Shown piece after piece: positions 30,831 to 40,774 of a stretch of DNA of 64,000 nt. The position numbers and the translations under genes are program-made. The DNA lies in contig JBOHHE010000057.1 of NCBI GenBank assembly GCA_050700355.1, positions 24,163 through 88,162 on the forward strand, written 5' to 3'. Source of the stretch: Pseudonocardiaceae bacterium (lineage in GTDB: Bacteria > Actinomycetota > Actinomycetes > Mycobacteriales > Pseudonocardiaceae). The notes under the pieces were generated by a model. It was not told where the DNA came from. It ran no database searches and saw nothing but the letters and a program-made list of their open reading frames with translations. How positions within the stretch are numbered: the stretch's first letter is position 1; every line of letters starts with the position of its first letter.

Positions 30831-33800
30831 ATGCGGCGGCGCACCGAGAACACGAATCGCCCCATCGACTTTTTCATCAGCTACTCCCCCGCCGATGAAC
30901 GGTGGGCCACCTGGATCGCCTGGGAGCTCGAGGCCGTCGGTTACTCGACGATGCTGCAGGCATGGGACTTCGTGCCCGGCACCAATTTCATCGACTTCAT
31001 GGATCGCGGCGTCAGCGAGGCCGCTGTCGTTGTTTCGGTGCTCTCCCGCAACTACCTCGCCTCCCGATACGGACGGCTGGAATGGCAGGCCGCCCTACGT
31101 GCCGACCCGGACGATGCCAACCGCCTGGTGACGATCCGGATCGAGGACTGTCCGCTGGAGGGTCTGCTCTCCATGATCACTTACGTGGACCTGGTGAGGA
31201 TCAGCGATCCGAAGGCGGCTCGGGCCGCGCTACTCGGTCGGATGCGCGAAGCGCTCGACGGCCGGGCGAAACCCGCCAGCGGGCCCGGCTATCCGTCCGA
31301 CCGGATCGGCAGGCAGGCACAGCCGGTGGACGAGCCGGTGGTCACCGGCCAAGTCACCCGCAGGCGGAACCCGGTCACCGCGCCCGCCTATCCCCCCGCA
31401 GCACCGGCCGGAGACCCCACCCAGTCGGCAGTGACCGCGCTGCACGTCCCCGGGCCCCGGTTCGGTCGCGGCCTGATCCAGCCGGGTCAGGCAAGGACTC
31501 CGGAGGAACTGCAAGCTCGGATCTACGGGGAGCTGACCCGGGCCACCGGGGATGGGGCGCCCGCGCCTGACCTCCTCATCATCACCGGCGACCTCACCGA
31601 GACCGGCAGTCGCCGCGAGTTCACAGCGGCAACGGAGTTCCTGACCGGTCTGCGAGTGCTCCTCGGCCTGGAACCGAACCGCCTTGTCGTGGTCCCCGGC
31701 CCGCGGGACATCACCGGTCCGGCCTGCCGGGCCTACTTCGCCAGCTGTGAAGCCGACGACGTGACGCCCAAACCTCCTTACTGGCCCAAGTGGCGACATT
31801 TCACCACGCTGTTCGAAGAGCTTTACCAGGGCTTGGACGAGCTGGTTTTCGACAGCCAGCAGCCGTGGACGCTGTTCACTGTTCCCGAGCTGCGCGTGGT
31901 CGTCGCGGGGCTCAATTCGACCATCAACGACAGTCACCGGGAGGACGATCACTACGGCTGGATCGGCGAGACACAGGCCGCCTGGTTCGCCCAGCGGCTG
32001 CGATCGTTCGAGCAATCGGCGTGGTTGCGGATCGGTGTGCTGCGCCACACTCCGGCTGACGCCAACCCCGGCGTCAGGCCAGATCCAGCGCTGTTGCGGG
32101 ACACCGCGACGTTGGACGCGCTGCTGGGCCGTCGGCTCAACCTCCTGCTGCATGGCACGCTCGGCACCCGGCAGCGCGCCGCCGAGGGCGAACTGCCGCT
32201 GATTTCACCGGCCGGGCCGGACAGCTGCCAGCTCCTCCAGATCACCGCCCAGGGGCTGGTCCGGATACCCTTCGGAGCAGGCCGTGAGGTACTGACCTGC
32301 CAGTGGCACGCGGTCGGCGGCACCTTCGCGGCCGGTGCTTCGGATTCCTCGGACGACCGCCCCGATTCCGGAGAAATCGAGCCGGTCGAGGACGAGACAC
32401 CGCCGGATCCGACGCGCCTGTTGCTGGACCGGATCACCGAGGTGTGCCAGACGCGGTACGACAACCCGAAGATCCGGTTCGTCGTCGGTGCGTTGCCGTA
32501 TCTGATGGTCAGCCATCGCGAGGACGGATTCGTCCGGCAGCTGCGGGTGGCGGCGCACGTCGGCGAGCTGACCACCGCCGACGTCGAGCGGTTCTTCGAT
32601 CAGATCCACGCGGCAGAGCCGGACACCGTCTCCGAGCTGGTCTACCAGGGGCCGCCGGTGGGCCAGGCATTGCGGATCGAGGCGCTGCGTCGTGGCATCC
32701 GGGTGCGCAGCTTCATCGAGTTCCAGGGCCTGCTGGATCTCCGCGAGTTCGTCGCCGGGCAGACCGCGCGGTTGCGCGTGGACACCCTCTACCCACCCGA
32801 GGGGTACGTGCCCCAACGATTCCGCGAGCTCACCGGCACCGATCGAACCGTGCGCCGCAACCTGGTCGAGGAACTGCTCACCCTGCTGGCCACCGACGAG
32901 GGACGGTTCGTCCTGCTGATGGGCGACTTCGGGCGAGGCAAGACCTTCGCGCTGCACGAGCTGGCCCGGCGGCTGCCGACCGAGCTGCCGCACCTGATCC
33001 CCATCCTGTTGGAGCTGCGCTCGCTGGAGAAGACCCATTCGGTGGAGGCGATGGTGGCCGCGCACCTGGCCAACCACGGCGAAGAGCTGATCGATCTCAA
33101 GGCCTTCACCTACATGCTGCGGGAAGGCCGGATCGTGCTGCTCTTCGACGGTTTCGACGAGCTGGCCACCCGGGTGACCTACGACCGGGCGGCCGATCAC
33201 CTGGATCTGATCCTGCGGGCGGTCGAAGGCAAAGCGAAAGTTCTCATCTCCAGCCGGTCGCAGCATTTCAGGACCGACACCCAAGTACTCACCGCGCTGG
33301 GCGAGCGGGTGGGACTACTCACCCAGCGCCGCGTGCTGAGCATCGAGGACTTCACCCCCGACCAGATCCGCCGGTATCTGGACAACCGCTACGGCGGGGA
33401 CACCGACGCCACCGAAGATCGGTTGCGGCTGCTCAGCGGCGCCCACGGCTTGCTCGGGCTCTCCCAGAATCCGCGCATGCTCAGCTTCATCGCCGATCTG
33501 GACGAGAGCCGACTACGGGCAGTCGCGGAGTCCGGGCATGTCATCAGTGCTGCCTCGCTGTACGAGGAGATCCTCAGCGCCTGGCTGAGTTACGAGGAGC
33601 GGCGGACCGGAGACACCCACGGAGCTGCCGCCGGGCTCACCGTGGGCGAACTCTGGCAGGCGGTGACCGCACTGGCCATCCGGCTGTGGGAGTCCAATGA
33701 GCAATACCTGGAGCCGACCGACCTCGCCGAGGTCGCCGAGACGCTCAGTGCACTGTCGGAGCACCAGCTCACCCCCCACCAGACCCTCCATGCCGTTGGC

Positions 33801-36587
33801 GCGGGCAGCCTGCTGGTGCGCACCGAGGACGGCCAGCTGGGTCTGATCCACGGTTCGGTGGTGGAGTGGCTGGTCGCCAAGGCGATCGCCGAGGAACTGG
33901 CAGGCGGTGCGACCACTGTCGCGATGCTGTCCCGGCGGCCGCTCTCCCAATTGAGCGTGGACTTCCTCTGTGACCTCGCCGATACCCGCTCCTGTCAGCT
34001 CTGGCTGCGCAGGGTACTCGCCGACGCCCACGCCGATGAAGTGGCAAGACGCAACGCCATCAAGATCAGCACTCGGCTGCGCTCGATGGTCCGAACCGAC
34101 CTGCGAGCAGCGGTCCTGCGTGGTGAGGACCTCTCCCACCGGGAACTGGCCGACGCCGACCTCACCGGCGCTGATCTCACCGATGCCAGACTGGTCGGCA
34201 CGGACCTGAGCCGAGCGGTGCTGCGGGACGCGGTGCTGGCCGGGGCCCGGCTCGATGAGGCGAAGCTGGTCGGAGCGGATCTGACCGGGGCCGACTTCAC
34301 CCGGGCCCGACTGGCTCGAGCCGACCTGCGTGATGTGGTGGTGACGGGCAGTCGCTGGCGGGGCGCCGCGCTGCTCGACGTCTCGGCCCGTCAGGAGTTC
34401 TTCGACGCCCCGGAACTGCATGGTGCGGCCATTGCACCGGGTCAACCGGTCGAAGCGGAGTTCGCGCCCGCCGCGATCGGCGTGTCCTACGGATTCGACG
34501 TCGGCAGGCTCCCAGCGCCGGTCGACTACAGCACCGACGGACACACCCTTGCCATCGGCAACGACGACGGCGGGGTGCTGATCTGTGACGCGGTCTCCGG
34601 GCGCCCGCTGCGCACACTGCATGGCCATCGTGGGCGGGTATACGCGGTGGCCTACGGACCCGGCGACTCGGTGCTGGTCACCGGGGCGAGCGACGGCACG
34701 ATCTGCCTGTGGGATCCGGTGACGGGGGCTCGACGTCACCGCATCGAGGGTTGCCGCGACTGGGTGTGGCCGGTGACGATCAGCTCGGCTGAGTCCGGCT
34801 CTTCGGGAACACTGCTCGCGGCTGGTGAGCACAGTGGCGAGGTCCGGCTCTTCGACGTCGCGACCGGCGCGGTGCGTCACGTTCTGCCCGGTCACACCGC
34901 GCCCGTGTGGACCGCTCGGTTCTCCCCTGACGGCACTACGCTGGCGACCGGCGACGATGCCGGGATCGTCCGGCTGTGGGACACCGCGACCGGTACGTTG
35001 CGCACCGCGTTGGCGGATCACCACGGCTCGGTGTACCGGCTGGTGTTCAGCCCGGACTCCGCACAGCTTGCCACCGCCGATCATGGCGGCACTGTCCGGC
35101 TCTATGACGTGGGCAACGCTGGGAACGCCGCAAGCGCTGTGCCGCGCCTCGAGTTGACCGAGCACCACGCCTCCGTCTACGCCCTGGACTTCCACCCCGA
35201 CGGCGGCCTGCTGGCCAGCGGCGACACCCGCGGTGGAGTCCAGCTGTGGGATCTGCCCAGCGGGCAAGGCACGCCATTGCTCAGTCCTGGCAGCGGCGCC
35301 ATTTACTGGGTCACCTTCTCCCCTGGCGGTGAGCTACTCGCGATCGGTGGAAACACCGGAATCGTCGGGGTGTGGGATGTCGCGAGCCGCCGGCTGCGGC
35401 ACGAACTGACCGGGCACAAGGGGTCGGCTTGGCCAATAGCGTTCCGCCCGGACGGCAGCCAGTTGGCCACCAGCAGCAATGACTGGACCACCCGACTGTG
35501 GGATCCGCGCAGCGGACAATGCCTGCATGTGCTGCGCGGTCACGGACGGCGGATCACCTCGGTGCACTTCAATACCGCCGGGTCCCTGCTCGCGACCAGC
35601 GGCAACGACGGGGTGGTACGGCTGTGGGATCCTCGGACCGGGCATCTGCGCCGCACGCTGACCGGCATCGCCGACCGATTGATCGCCGCGTTCTTCGACC
35701 CGGCGAGCTCCTTGATCGCCACCCCGAGCAACGACGGTGACGTGCACCTCTGGAACGCCGAGTCCGGCGTCTACGAGCGCGCGTTGGACGTCGGCACCGA
35801 TTACGTGTGGGCGACCGCCTTCAGCCCGGACGGAGACATCCTGGCCACCGCGAACGACAACGACACGGTCCGGCTGTGGTACCGCACGACCGGGCGGGCG
35901 GTGCGCACCTTCGCCGAGCATCGGGGCCGAGTGCGCTCGATCGCGTTCAGTCCCTCCGGAGACCATCTGGCCACGGGCTGTGATGACGCGGTGGTGCGGT
36001 TGTGGCACGTCGACACCGGCGTCTGCCGTCGCACGCTTCGTCGCCATACCGGTCGGGTGTACGCGGTGGTGTTCACCCCGGACGGCTCCCAGCTGGTGAG
36101 CGCGAGCCACGACGGCACGGCGTGCATCTGGGACTGCGAGTCCGGCGAGGTGCTGCACACGCTCACCGGGCACACCGGCAGGCTCTGGGCCGCCGCCCTG
36201 GATCCAACCGGCGCGATGATCGCCACGGCAGGTGATGACCTGGGTGTGCGGCTCTGGGACGCCCGCACCGGCAGGCATCTGCACACCCTGCAAGCCCACA
36301 CCCGGAGGGTCTGGTCGGTCGCCTTCAGCCCGGACAGCACCCAGCTCGCCAGTGCCGGCGACGACGGCGCCGTACATGTCTGGGACCTGGAGACCGCGCA
36401 GGTGCGGGTCACGCTGCTCGGGCTGGCGCAGGGCTGGGCCGCGCTCGCACCAGACGGCAACTACAAGCTTCAGGGCAACGTGGCAGGCGAATTCTGGCAC
36501 GTGATCGGCACCTGCCGCTTCGAACCGGGCGATGTGAACACCTACCTGCCCGCTGTACGCCAGCTTCCGCTGGGCACCGAGTTCTGA
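30831..36587 (+). CDS. 1918-aa STAND/NLR-like protein: TIR, degenerate metallophosphoesterase, NACHT NTPase, pentapeptide repeats, 15 WD40 repeats
   Basis: Single uninterrupted ORF. TIR (DFFISYSPADERWATWIAWELE...RLEWQ). Walker A GDFGRGKTF and Walker B VLLFDGFDEL. A(D/N)LxG pentapeptide tract. 15 repeats ending in WD-type dipeptides. Confidence 0.9.
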   Translation: MRRRTENTNRPIDFFISYSPADERWATWIAWELEAVGYSTMLQAWDFVPGTNFIDFMDRGVSEAAVVVSVLSRNYLASRYGRLEWQAALRADPDDANRLVTIRIEDCPLEGLLSMITYVDLVRISDPKAARAALLGRMREALDGRAKPASGPGYPSDRIGRQAQPVDEPVVTGQVTRRRNPVTAPAYPPAAPAGDPTQSAVTALHVPGPRFGRGLIQPGQARTPEELQARIYGELTRATGDGAPAPDLLIITGDLTETGSRREFTAATEFLTGLRVLLGLEPNRLVVVPGPRDITGPACRAYFASCEADDVTPKPPYWPKWRHFTTLFEELYQGLDELVFDSQQPWTLFTVPELRVVVAGLNSTINDSHREDDHYGWIGETQAAWFAQRLRSFEQSAWLRIGVLRHTPADANPGVRPDPALLRDTATLDALLGRRLNLLLHGTLGTRQRAAEGELPLISPAGPDSCQLLQITAQGLVRIPFGAGREVLTCQWHAVGGTFAAGASDSSDDRPDSGEIEPVEDETPPDPTRLLLDRITEVCQTRYDNPKIRFVVGALPYLMVSHREDGFVRQLRVAAHVGELTTADVERFFDQIHAAEPDTVSELVYQGPPVGQALRIEALRRGIRVRSFIEFQGLLDLREFVAGQTARLRVDTLYPPEGYVPQRFRELTGTDRTVRRNLVEELLTLLATDEGRFVLLMGDFGRGKTFALHELARRLPTELPHLIPILLELRSLEKTHSVEAMVAAHLANHGEELIDLKAFTYMLREGRIVLLFDGFDELATRVTYDRAADHLDLILRAVEGKAKVLISSRSQHFRTDTQVLTALGERVGLLTQRRVLSIEDFTPDQIRRYLDNRYGGDTDATEDRLRLLSGAHGLLGLSQNPRMLSFIADLDESRLRAVAESGHVISAASLYEEILSAWLSYEERRTGDTHGAAAGLTVGELWQAVTALAIRLWESNEQYLEPTDLAEVAETLSALSEHQLTPHQTLHAVGAGSLLVRTEDGQLGLIHGSVVEWLVAKAIAEELAGGATTVAMLSRRPLSQLSVDFLCDLADTRSCQLWLRRVLADAHADEVARRNAIKISTRLRSMVRTDLRAAVLRGEDLSHRELADADLTGADLTDARLVGTDLSRAVLRDAVLAGARLDEAKLVGADLTGADFTRARLARADLRDVVVTGSRWRGAALLDVSARQEFFDAPELHGAAIAPGQPVEAEFAPAAIGVSYGFDVGRLPAPVDYSTDGHTLAIGNDDGGVLICDAVSGRPLRTLHGHRGRVYAVAYGPGDSVLVTGASDGTICLWDPVTGARRHRIEGCRDWVWPVTISSAESGSSGTLLAAGEHSGEVRLFDVATGAVRHVLPGHTAPVWTARFSPDGTTLATGDDAGIVRLWDTATGTLRTALADHHGSVYRLVFSPDSAQLATADHGGTVRLYDVGNAGNAASAVPRLELTEHHASVYALDFHPDGGLLASGDTRGGVQLWDLPSGQGTPLLSPGSGAIYWVTFSPGGELLAIGGNTGIVGVWDVASRRLRHELTGHKGSAWPIAFRPDGSQLATSSNDWTTRLWDPRSGQCLHVLRGHGRRITSVHFNTAGSLLATSGNDGVVRLWDPRTGHLRRTLTGIADRLIAAFFDPASSLIATPSNDGDVHLWNAESGVYERALDVGTDYVWATAFSPDGDILATANDNDTVRLWYRTTGRAVRTFAEHRGRVRSIAFSPSGDHLATGCDDAVVRLWHVDTGVCRRTLRRHTGRVYAVVFTPDGSQLVSASHDGTACIWDCESGEVLHTLTGHTGRLWAAALDPTGAMIATAGDDLGVRLWDARTGRHLHTLQAHTRRVWSVAFSPDSTQLASAGDDGAVHVWDLETAQVRVTLLGLAQGWAALAPDGNYKLQGNVAGEFWHVIGTCRFEPGDVNTYLPAVRQLPLGTEF
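30864..31235 (+). other. TIR domain (aa ~12-135 of the STAND protein)
   Basis: FISYS motif and the conserved Glu in SRYGRLEWQAAL. Confidence 0.8.
31437..32270 (+). other. calcineurin-like metallophosphoesterase-like domain with degenerate metal ligands (aa ~203-480)
   Basis: LIITGDLTETG (GD motif kept), VVVPGPRDI in place of GNHD, LLLHGT in place of GHxH, ALHVPGPRFG in place of DxH. Confidence 0.55.
32898..33900 (+). other. NACHT NTPase module (aa ~690-1020)
   Basis: GRGKT P-loop, hhhhDGFDE Walker B, and SQNPRML downstream motif. Confidence 0.8.
34098..34385 (+). other. pentapeptide-repeat tract (aa ~1090-1185)
   Basis: LRGEDLSHRELADADLTGADLTDARLVGTDLSRAVLRDAVLAGARLDEAKLVGADLTGADFTRARLARADLRD. 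Confidence 0.8.
34503..36500 (+). other. WD40 repeat region, 15 recognisable blades
   Basis: Blade ends read LICD, LWDP, LFDV, LWDT, LYDV, LWDL, VWDV, LWDP, LWDP, LWNA, LWYR, LWHV, IWDC, LWDA and VWDL. Confidence 0.85.
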
Positions 36588-36609
36588 GCCCTCCAGCGCC
36601 GGGACCGTG

Positions 36610-36675
36610 CATGAGCGCGGGATATCGCGTGTACGAGCGCCGGACACGCCGTGCAGGGGTGTCGGACACGTGGAT
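36610..36675 (+). repeat. 22-bp tandem repeat x3 (interspersed family, locus 1)
   Basis: catgagcgcgggatatcgcgtg / tacgagcgccggacacgccgtg / caggggtgtcggacacgtggat, lying between the convergent STAND and glpD genes. Confidence 0.8.
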
Positions 36676-38429
36676 TAGATGACTGATTCGAGGAGGCGGG
36701 GACGGGCTTCGGGGGCGGTGTTGCGACGGGCGGCGGCTGCGGAATCGTCGGGCTCGGATTGGGAATCGCGTTCGGCGGTGACTCGCGCGCGGTAGAGCTC
36801 GATCTCGCGACTACACTCAGTGGTGTCCCAGCCGAGCACCTCGCCCATCAGCTCGGCGACCTCCGTAACGCACGCCTCGCCTCGGTGCGGGTACTCGATC
36901 GAGATACGGGTACGGCGGGTGAGCACATCCTCCAAATGCAGAGCGCCTTCGTGGCTGGCCGCGTGCACCACCTCGACCTTGAGATAATCCGGGGCCTCGG
37001 GCACCGGCGCGAGCAGATCCCGACGCTGGGCGGCCAAGGCCAGCACCTGGTGCACCGCCGAGCCGTAGCGATCCAGCAGGTACCGCAGGCGATAGGGATG
37101 CAGTCCGTGCCGGGCGGCCAGCGCATCGGCCTGGTTGACCAGCGCGTGATAGCCGTCCGCGCCGAGCAGGGGCACCTTGTCGGTGATCGAGGGAGCGACC
37201 CGGCCGGGTAGATCGGGCACCGCCGCGTCGACCGCGTCGGCCGCCATCACCCGGTAGGTGGTGTACTTGCCACCTGCGATCGCGACCAGCCCTGGCGCCA
37301 CCCGGGCCACCGCGTGCTCCCGGGACAGCCGGGAGGTCTCCTCGCTCTCCCCAGCCAGCAGGGGTCGCAGTCCCGCGTAGACGCCCTCGATATCGTCCGA
37401 GGTCAGCGGGGTGGCCAGCACCGTATTGACGGTTTCGAGCAGGTAGTCGATGTCCGCTCGGGTGGCTGAAGGATGAGCGAGGTCGAGATTCCAGCCGGTA
37501 TCGGTGGTGCCGACGATCCAGTGGTTGCGCCACGGAATGACGAACAGCACCGACGTCGCGGTGCGCAGGATCAGCCCGCTCTCCGACACGATGCGGTCCC
37601 GGGGCACCACGATGTGCACGCCCTTGGAGGCGCGCACCCGGAACCGACCACGCCCGCCGGAGAGCCGCTGAATCTCATCGGTCCACACCCCAGTGCAGTT
37701 GAGCACCGCATGCGCCTCGACGTCAGCGGTCTCACCGGTCTCACAGTCCCGCACGCGGACCCCACAGATCCGGTCCGCCTCCCGGAGGAAGCCGACGACC
37801 TGGGTGGAGGTGCGCACCACGGCGCCGTACTGGGCCGCCGTCCGGGCCACCGTCACGGTATGCCGAGCGTCATCGGCGATCGCGTCGTAGTAGCGCACCC
37901 CGCCGATGAGCGTGTCGCGGCGCAGGGCAGGTGCCATCCGCAGGGCTCCAGCCCGGGTGAGATGGGACTGCCCCGGTACCGAGCGGGCCCCGCCCAATGT
38001 CTGGTAGATCGCCAGCCCGGCGGCGACGTAGGGGCGCTCCCAGATCCGGTGGTTCAGCGGGTACAAGAAACTCACCGGTTTGACCAGGTGCGGCGCCAAC
38101 CGGGTGAGCATCAGCTCCCGCTCGTGCAACGCCTCGCGAACCAGCCCGAATTCGAGCTGCTCCAGGTAACGCAAGCCGCCGTGGAACAGCTTGGACGATC
38201 GGCTGGACGTGCCTGACGCGAGATCCCTGGCCTCGACCAGGGCGACCTTGAGCCCTCGGGTGGCGGCATCCAGCGCGGCGCCGGTACCGACCACGCCACC
38301 GCCGATGACCAAGACGTCGAACTGTTCACCGGTCAGCCGCTGCCAGCCCACCGCCCGCTGTGCCGGACCAAGCTGTCCCGGGGCAGGTCCGCCTCCGATC
38401 TGCTGGTGGTCGCGTTCGGCCTCCTGCAC
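36675..38429 (-). CDS. glpD: FAD-dependent glycerol-3-phosphate dehydrogenase
   Basis: [23 protein letters not shown] dinucleotide fold over the full length. The GTG at 38429 gives 584 aa; the ORF can extend to 38516. Confidence 0.9.
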   Translation of the reverse strand: MQEAERDHQQIGGGPAPGQLGPAQRAVGWQRLTGEQFDVLVIGGGVVGTGAALDAATRGLKVALVEARDLASGTSSRSSKLFHGGLRYLEQLEFGLVREALHERELMLTRLAPHLVKPVSFLYPLNHRIWERPYVAAGLAIYQTLGGARSVPGQSHLTRAGALRMAPALRRDTLIGGVRYYDAIADDARHTVTVARTAAQYGAVVRTSTQVVGFLREADRICGVRVRDCETGETADVEAHAVLNCTGVWTDEIQRLSGGRGRFRVRASKGVHIVVPRDRIVSESGLILRTATSVLFVIPWRNHWIVGTTDTGWNLDLAHPSATRADIDYLLETVNTVLATPLTSDDIEGVYAGLRPLLAGESEETSRLSREHAVARVAPGLVAIAGGKYTTYRVMAADAVDAAVPDLPGRVAPSITDKVPLLGADGYHALVNQADALAARHGLHPYRLRYLLDRYGSAVHQVLALAAQRRDLLAPVPEAPDYLKVEVVHAASHEGALHLEDVLTRRTRISIEYPHRGEACVTEVAELMGEVLGWDTTECSREIELYRARVTAERDSQSEPDDSAAAARRNTAPEARPRLLESVI

Positions 38430-38603
38430 CGCATCTCCTCCAGTCCGCGCCGCCCATGCCCGTCGTGCGCTCCCGCTGCACGCTACCGTCGATGGGCCTG
38501 TTCGGTCTGCCCACACCCGACGTCGATGTCCGGTCAGAGCTCGGCTCGTAACTTGTCGAGCATGGTGGCGGCGCCGCGTTACCAGGCGCTAACGTCGGGC
38601 TCG

Positions 38604-40118
38604 ATGAACCAGTACGTCGCAGCGATCGACCAGGGCACCACCTCCACCCGCGCCATGGTGTTCGACCACCACGGTCGGGTGGTTTCGGCGGACCAGCGCG
38701 AGCACCAGCAGATCTTGCCCAGGCCCGGTTGGGTGGAGCACGACGCGATCGAGATCTGGACGAACACCCGGGAGGTCGCGGCTGGGGCACTGGCCAAGGC
38801 AGACCTGACGCCCGGCGATCTCGCCGCGGTGGGCATTACCAACCAGCGGGAGACCACTCTGGTATGGGACCGGCTCAGCGGCGAGCCGGTGCACAATGCG
38901 ATCGTCTGGCAGGACACGCGTACCGACACGCTGTGCGCGCAGCTCGGCGGAGACGCCGGTGCAATGCGCTATCAGGAGCGCACCGGGTTGCCGCTGGCCA
39001 CCTACTTCTCCGGACCCAAGATTCGCTGGATCCTCGACAACGTCGAGAGTGCCCGCGAGCGGGCTGAGAACGGCGAACTCTGCTTCGGAACGATGGATAC
39101 CTGGGTGTTGTGGAACATGACCGGTGGCCCGGCCGGAGGATTGCACGTCACCGACGTCACCAACGCCTCCCGGACGCTGCTGATGGATCTGGACACGCTG
39201 TCCTGGGACGAGACCATCGCCGAGGAGATGGGGGTTCCAGTGGCGATGCTGCCGGAGATCCGCTCATCGTCGGAGGTGTACGGCCCGGCCCGGGAACGCG
39301 GCGCGCTGGCCGGCGTTCCGATCGCCAGCATCCTCGGTGACCAGCAAGCGGCCACCTTCGGGCAGGCCTGCCTGGCCGTCGGGGAGGCCAAGAACACCTA
39401 CGGCACCGGCAATTTCATGTTGCTCAACACCGGTACCGAGAAAGTGATGAGCCGCAACGGACTGCTCACCACGATCTGCTACCAGATCGGATCACGGGCC
39501 CCGGTGTATGCGCTGGAGGGCTCGATCGCGGTCACCGGATCGCTGGTGCAGTGGCTGCGGGACAACCTCGGCCTGATCTCCTCAGCGGCTGAGATCGAGC
39601 AGGCCGCAGCCGGCGTCGAGGACAACGGCGGGGCATACTTCGTGCCCGCCTTCTCCGGGCTGTTCGCCCCGCACTGGCGCTCCGATGCCCGGGGGGCCAT
39701 CGTCGGCTTGACCCGTTACGTCACCCGCGCTCACCTGGCCAGAGCAGCGCTGGAAGCCACCGCGTTCCAGTCCCGCGAAGTGCTCGATGCGATGAACGCG
39801 GACTCTGGGGTGGCCCTGACCGCACTGAAGGTGGACGGCGGGATGGTGGTCAACGAGCTGCTCATGCAGTTCCAGGCCGACATCCTGGGGGTCCCGGTGA
39901 TCCGGCCGGTGGTCAGCGAGACCACCGCGCTGGGCGCCGCGTACGCCGCTGGCCTGGCGGTCGGGTTCTGGTCGGGCGAGGATGAGATCCGGGCCAACTG
40001 GGCCGCGGACCGGCAATGGGATCCGATGATGGACGACGCCCGACGCGAAGGCCTCTACGCTCAGTGGCGCAAGGCCGTAACCCGGACCTTCGATTGGGTG
40101 GACGCTGCACAGCCGTGA
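38604..40118 (+). CDS. glpK: glycerol kinase
   Basis: The ATG at 38604 gives [25 protein letters not shown] motif present. Divergent from glpD. Confidence 0.95.
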   Translation: MNQYVAAIDQGTTSTRAMVFDHHGRVVSADQREHQQILPRPGWVEHDAIEIWTNTREVAAGALAKADLTPGDLAAVGITNQRETTLVWDRLSGEPVHNAIVWQDTRTDTLCAQLGGDAGAMRYQERTGLPLATYFSGPKIRWILDNVESARERAENGELCFGTMDTWVLWNMTGGPAGGLHVTDVTNASRTLLMDLDTLSWDETIAEEMGVPVAMLPEIRSSSEVYGPARERGALAGVPIASILGDQQAATFGQACLAVGEAKNTYGTGNFMLLNTGTEKVMSRNGLLTTICYQIGSRAPVYALEGSIAVTGSLVQWLRDNLGLISSAAEIEQAAAGVEDNGGAYFVPAFSGLFAPHWRSDARGAIVGLTRYVTRAHLARAALEATAFQSREVLDAMNADSGVALTALKVDGGMVVNELLMQFQADILGVPVIRPVVSETTALGAAYAAGLAVGFWSGEDEIRANWAADRQWDPMMDDARREGLYAQWRKAVTRTFDWVDAAQP

Positions 40119-40244
40119 ACAAGGCATCGAAAATGATGTTGTCATGGTGCAGGTCGGGGTGCATTCGCAGTCCAGCGACATCCACCACCCCCACGGGGAC
40201 GACAGCCGCGCGAAGCGTCGGCCCGGGCAGCTAGGCTGTCGCGC

Positions 40245-40697
40245 GTGCCGCTCTACGCCGCCTACGGATCCAACATGGATCCCGCTCAGATGATGGAGCG
40301 CGCTCCGCACTCGCCCATGGCGGGCACGGGGTGGCTGGTCGGGTGGCGGCTGACTTTCGGCGGGGAGGACCTGGGCTGGGAAGGTGCTTTGGCCACCATC
40401 GTCGAGGATCCTCTTTCCCAAGTGTTCGTCGTGATCTATGACGTAACTCCGGAGGACGAGAAACTGCTCGACATCTGGGAGGGAGGCGAGCTCGCGCTGC
40501 ACAGGAAGCTGCGGTTGCGGGTGGACACCTTAGATGGGACGGTTCTCGCCTGGCTCTACGTACTGGATGCCTACGAGGGAGGCATCCCTTCCGCACGCTA
40601 CCTCGGCGTGATGTCCGATGCCGCTGAATCAGCCGGAGCCCCCGAGGACTACGTCACGGAGCTGCGCAGCCGCCCCTGCCGAGGCACCACCCTCTAA
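40245..40697 (+). CDS. gamma-glutamylcyclotransferase (AIG2/GGCT-like) family protein
   Basis: The YAAYGSNMD N-terminal motif is typical of the family. Confidence 0.75.
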   Translation: MPLYAAYGSNMDPAQMMERAPHSPMAGTGWLVGWRLTFGGEDLGWEGALATIVEDPLSQVFVVIYDVTPEDEKLLDIWEGGELALHRKLRLRVDTLDGTVLAWLYVLDAYEGGIPSARYLGVMSDAAESAGAPEDYVTELRSRPCRGTTL

Positions 40698-40702
40698 CCC
40701 GC

Positions 40703-40746
40703 GTGTCCGGCTCTCATGCACGCTGTGTCCGGCTCTCATGCATAGC
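40703..40746 (-). repeat. 22-bp tandem repeat x2 (same family, inverted orientation, locus 2)
   Basis: gtgtccggctctcatgcacgct / gtgtccggctctcatgcatagc. The reverse-complement unit catgagagccggacacagcgtg matches the locus 1 and locus 3 units at about 17/22 positions. Confidence 0.8.
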
Positions 40747-40774
40747 ACCGTTTCCGCACCGCACCTTCTCAGCG

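Noticed and set aside
33513-36647. 584-aa and 437-aa minus-strand ORFs, plus several 100-460-aa + strand alternative-frame ORFs, inside the STAND gene
   Set aside because: All lie antisense to or out of frame with the 1918-aa ORF, whose domains are recognisable along its whole length. Their translations are low-complexity and Arg/Gly/Pro-rich.
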